Positions 63,334 to 64,000 of a stretch of DNA of 64,000 nucleotides are shown here, in pieces. Position 1 is the stretch's first letter; the number at the start of each line of letters is the position of its first letter. This DNA comes from Zoogloea sp. GTDB taxonomy: Bacteria > Pseudomonadota > Gammaproteobacteria > Burkholderiales > Rhodocyclaceae. The stretch covers positions 2,131 to 66,130 of the forward strand of contig NZ_JAYROR010000089.1 in NCBI RefSeq assembly GCF_041911615.1. The letters are read 5' to 3'. A program made the translations under genes and the position numbers. The notes beneath the pieces were generated by a model. The model was not told the origin of the DNA. It saw only the letters and a list, made by a program, of their open reading frames with translations, and made no database searches.

Positions 63334-63732
63334 TCAGTCGTGGGCGGAAAGCTGGCGGGCCTGGGTGTGGCTCGCGACCGAGCGCAGCAGGCTTTCCTTG
63401 GTGAAGGGCTTGGTGAGGTATTCGTCGGAGCCGGCGAGGCGGCCGCGGGCGCGGTCGAAGAGGCCGTCCTTGGAGGACAGCATGATCACCGGCGTGGCCT
63501 TGAGGCGGGGGTTCTTCTTGATGAGCGCGCAGGTCTGGTAGCCGTCCAGGCGCGGCATCATGATGTCCACGAAGATGAGGTCGGGCGCATGGTCGGCGAT
63601 CTTCGACAGGGCGTCGAAACCGTCCTCGGCGAGCACCACCTGGCAACCGGCCTGGGCGAGGAAGATCTCTGCGCTGCGGCGGATGGTGTTGCTGTCATCG
63701 ATGACCATGACCTTGATTCCGCTGAGATTCAC
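63334..63732 (-). CDS. pilG: CheY-like PilG
   Basis: VMVIDDSNTIRRSAE, FVDIMMPRLDGYQTC, LSSKDGLFDRARG. Confidence 0.95.
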   Translation of the reverse strand: MNLSGIKVMVIDDSNTIRRSAEIFLAQAGCQVVLAEDGFDALSKIADHAPDLIFVDIMMPRLDGYQTCALIKKNPRLKATPVIMLSSKDGLFDRARGRLAGSDEYLTKPFTKESLLRSVASHTQARQLSAHD

Positions 63733-63790
63733 CTTGACCCTCCGGGCTCCGTGCTGATGATGGTAGTGCCGTGCGCTGGCGGTCGAACCG

Positions 63791-63970
63791 TCAGAGCGCG
63801 ATCATTTCGAAATCGTCCTTGCGTGCACCGCACTCGGGACAGGTCCAGTTCGGAGGGATGTCTTCCCAGCGCGTTCCGGGGGCGATGCCCTCTTCGGGGG
63901 CGCCGGTTTCCTCGTTGTAGATATAACCGCAGATCAGGCACATCCAGGTTCGGTACGGAAGGCTTGCCAT
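63791..63970 (-). CDS. Rubredoxin
   Basis: Missed by the track (59 aa): MASLPYRTWMCLICGYIYNEETGAPEEGIAPGTRWEDIPPNWTCPECGARKDDFEMIAL*, two CxxC motifs. Confidence 0.96.
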   Translation of the reverse strand: MASLPYRTWMCLICGYIYNEETGAPEEGIAPGTRWEDIPPNWTCPECGARKDDFEMIAL

Positions 63971-64000
63971 GTGGGTGTGTCGCTTTGATTTCGGCTAGAA

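Noticed and set aside
63729-63941. 70-aa ORF in the track upstream of pilG
   Set aside because: Wrong frame; the real gene is the 59-aa rubredoxin at 63791-63970.

Overview
GC-rich betaproteobacterial chromosome segment (Rhodocyclales-like by gene order and sequence style; inferred). Core blocks: hemA-prfA-prmC-grxD, argH/algZ(fimS)-algR, ppc/hemC-hemD-hemX-hemY, ahpCF, dusB-fis-purH-purD-hemF, rnb-tonB-aroE-mtgA, and rubredoxin-pilGHIJ-chpA. Accessory regions: (1) 1-12.4 kb, an O2/redox signalling zone with a hemerythrin-fused hybrid kinase, two more hemerythrin-type proteins with FNR-like boxes, an orphan binding lipoprotein, a diguanylate cyclase, tRNA-Thr(GGT), a frameshifted SRPBCC gene, and an infA paralog behind a terminator-containing leader. 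(2) 16.1-19.3 kb, the best candidate for an uncharacterised system: a Tat-signal, Ser/Cys-rich protein followed by a PqqD/RRE-like protein, an HprK-like kinase and a nucleotidyltransferase, behind a putative sigma54 promoter and enhancer. It resembles a RiPP-style protein modification and export pathway without any lasso cyclase. (3) 24-33.8 kb, surface-polysaccharide tailoring genes (acyltransferase-3, LMW-PTP variant, deacetylase, GtrA/GT2/GT-C, ATP-grasp). No integrase, transposase, rRNA or CRISPR array was seen. All family assignments come from reading motifs by eye; no searches were run.
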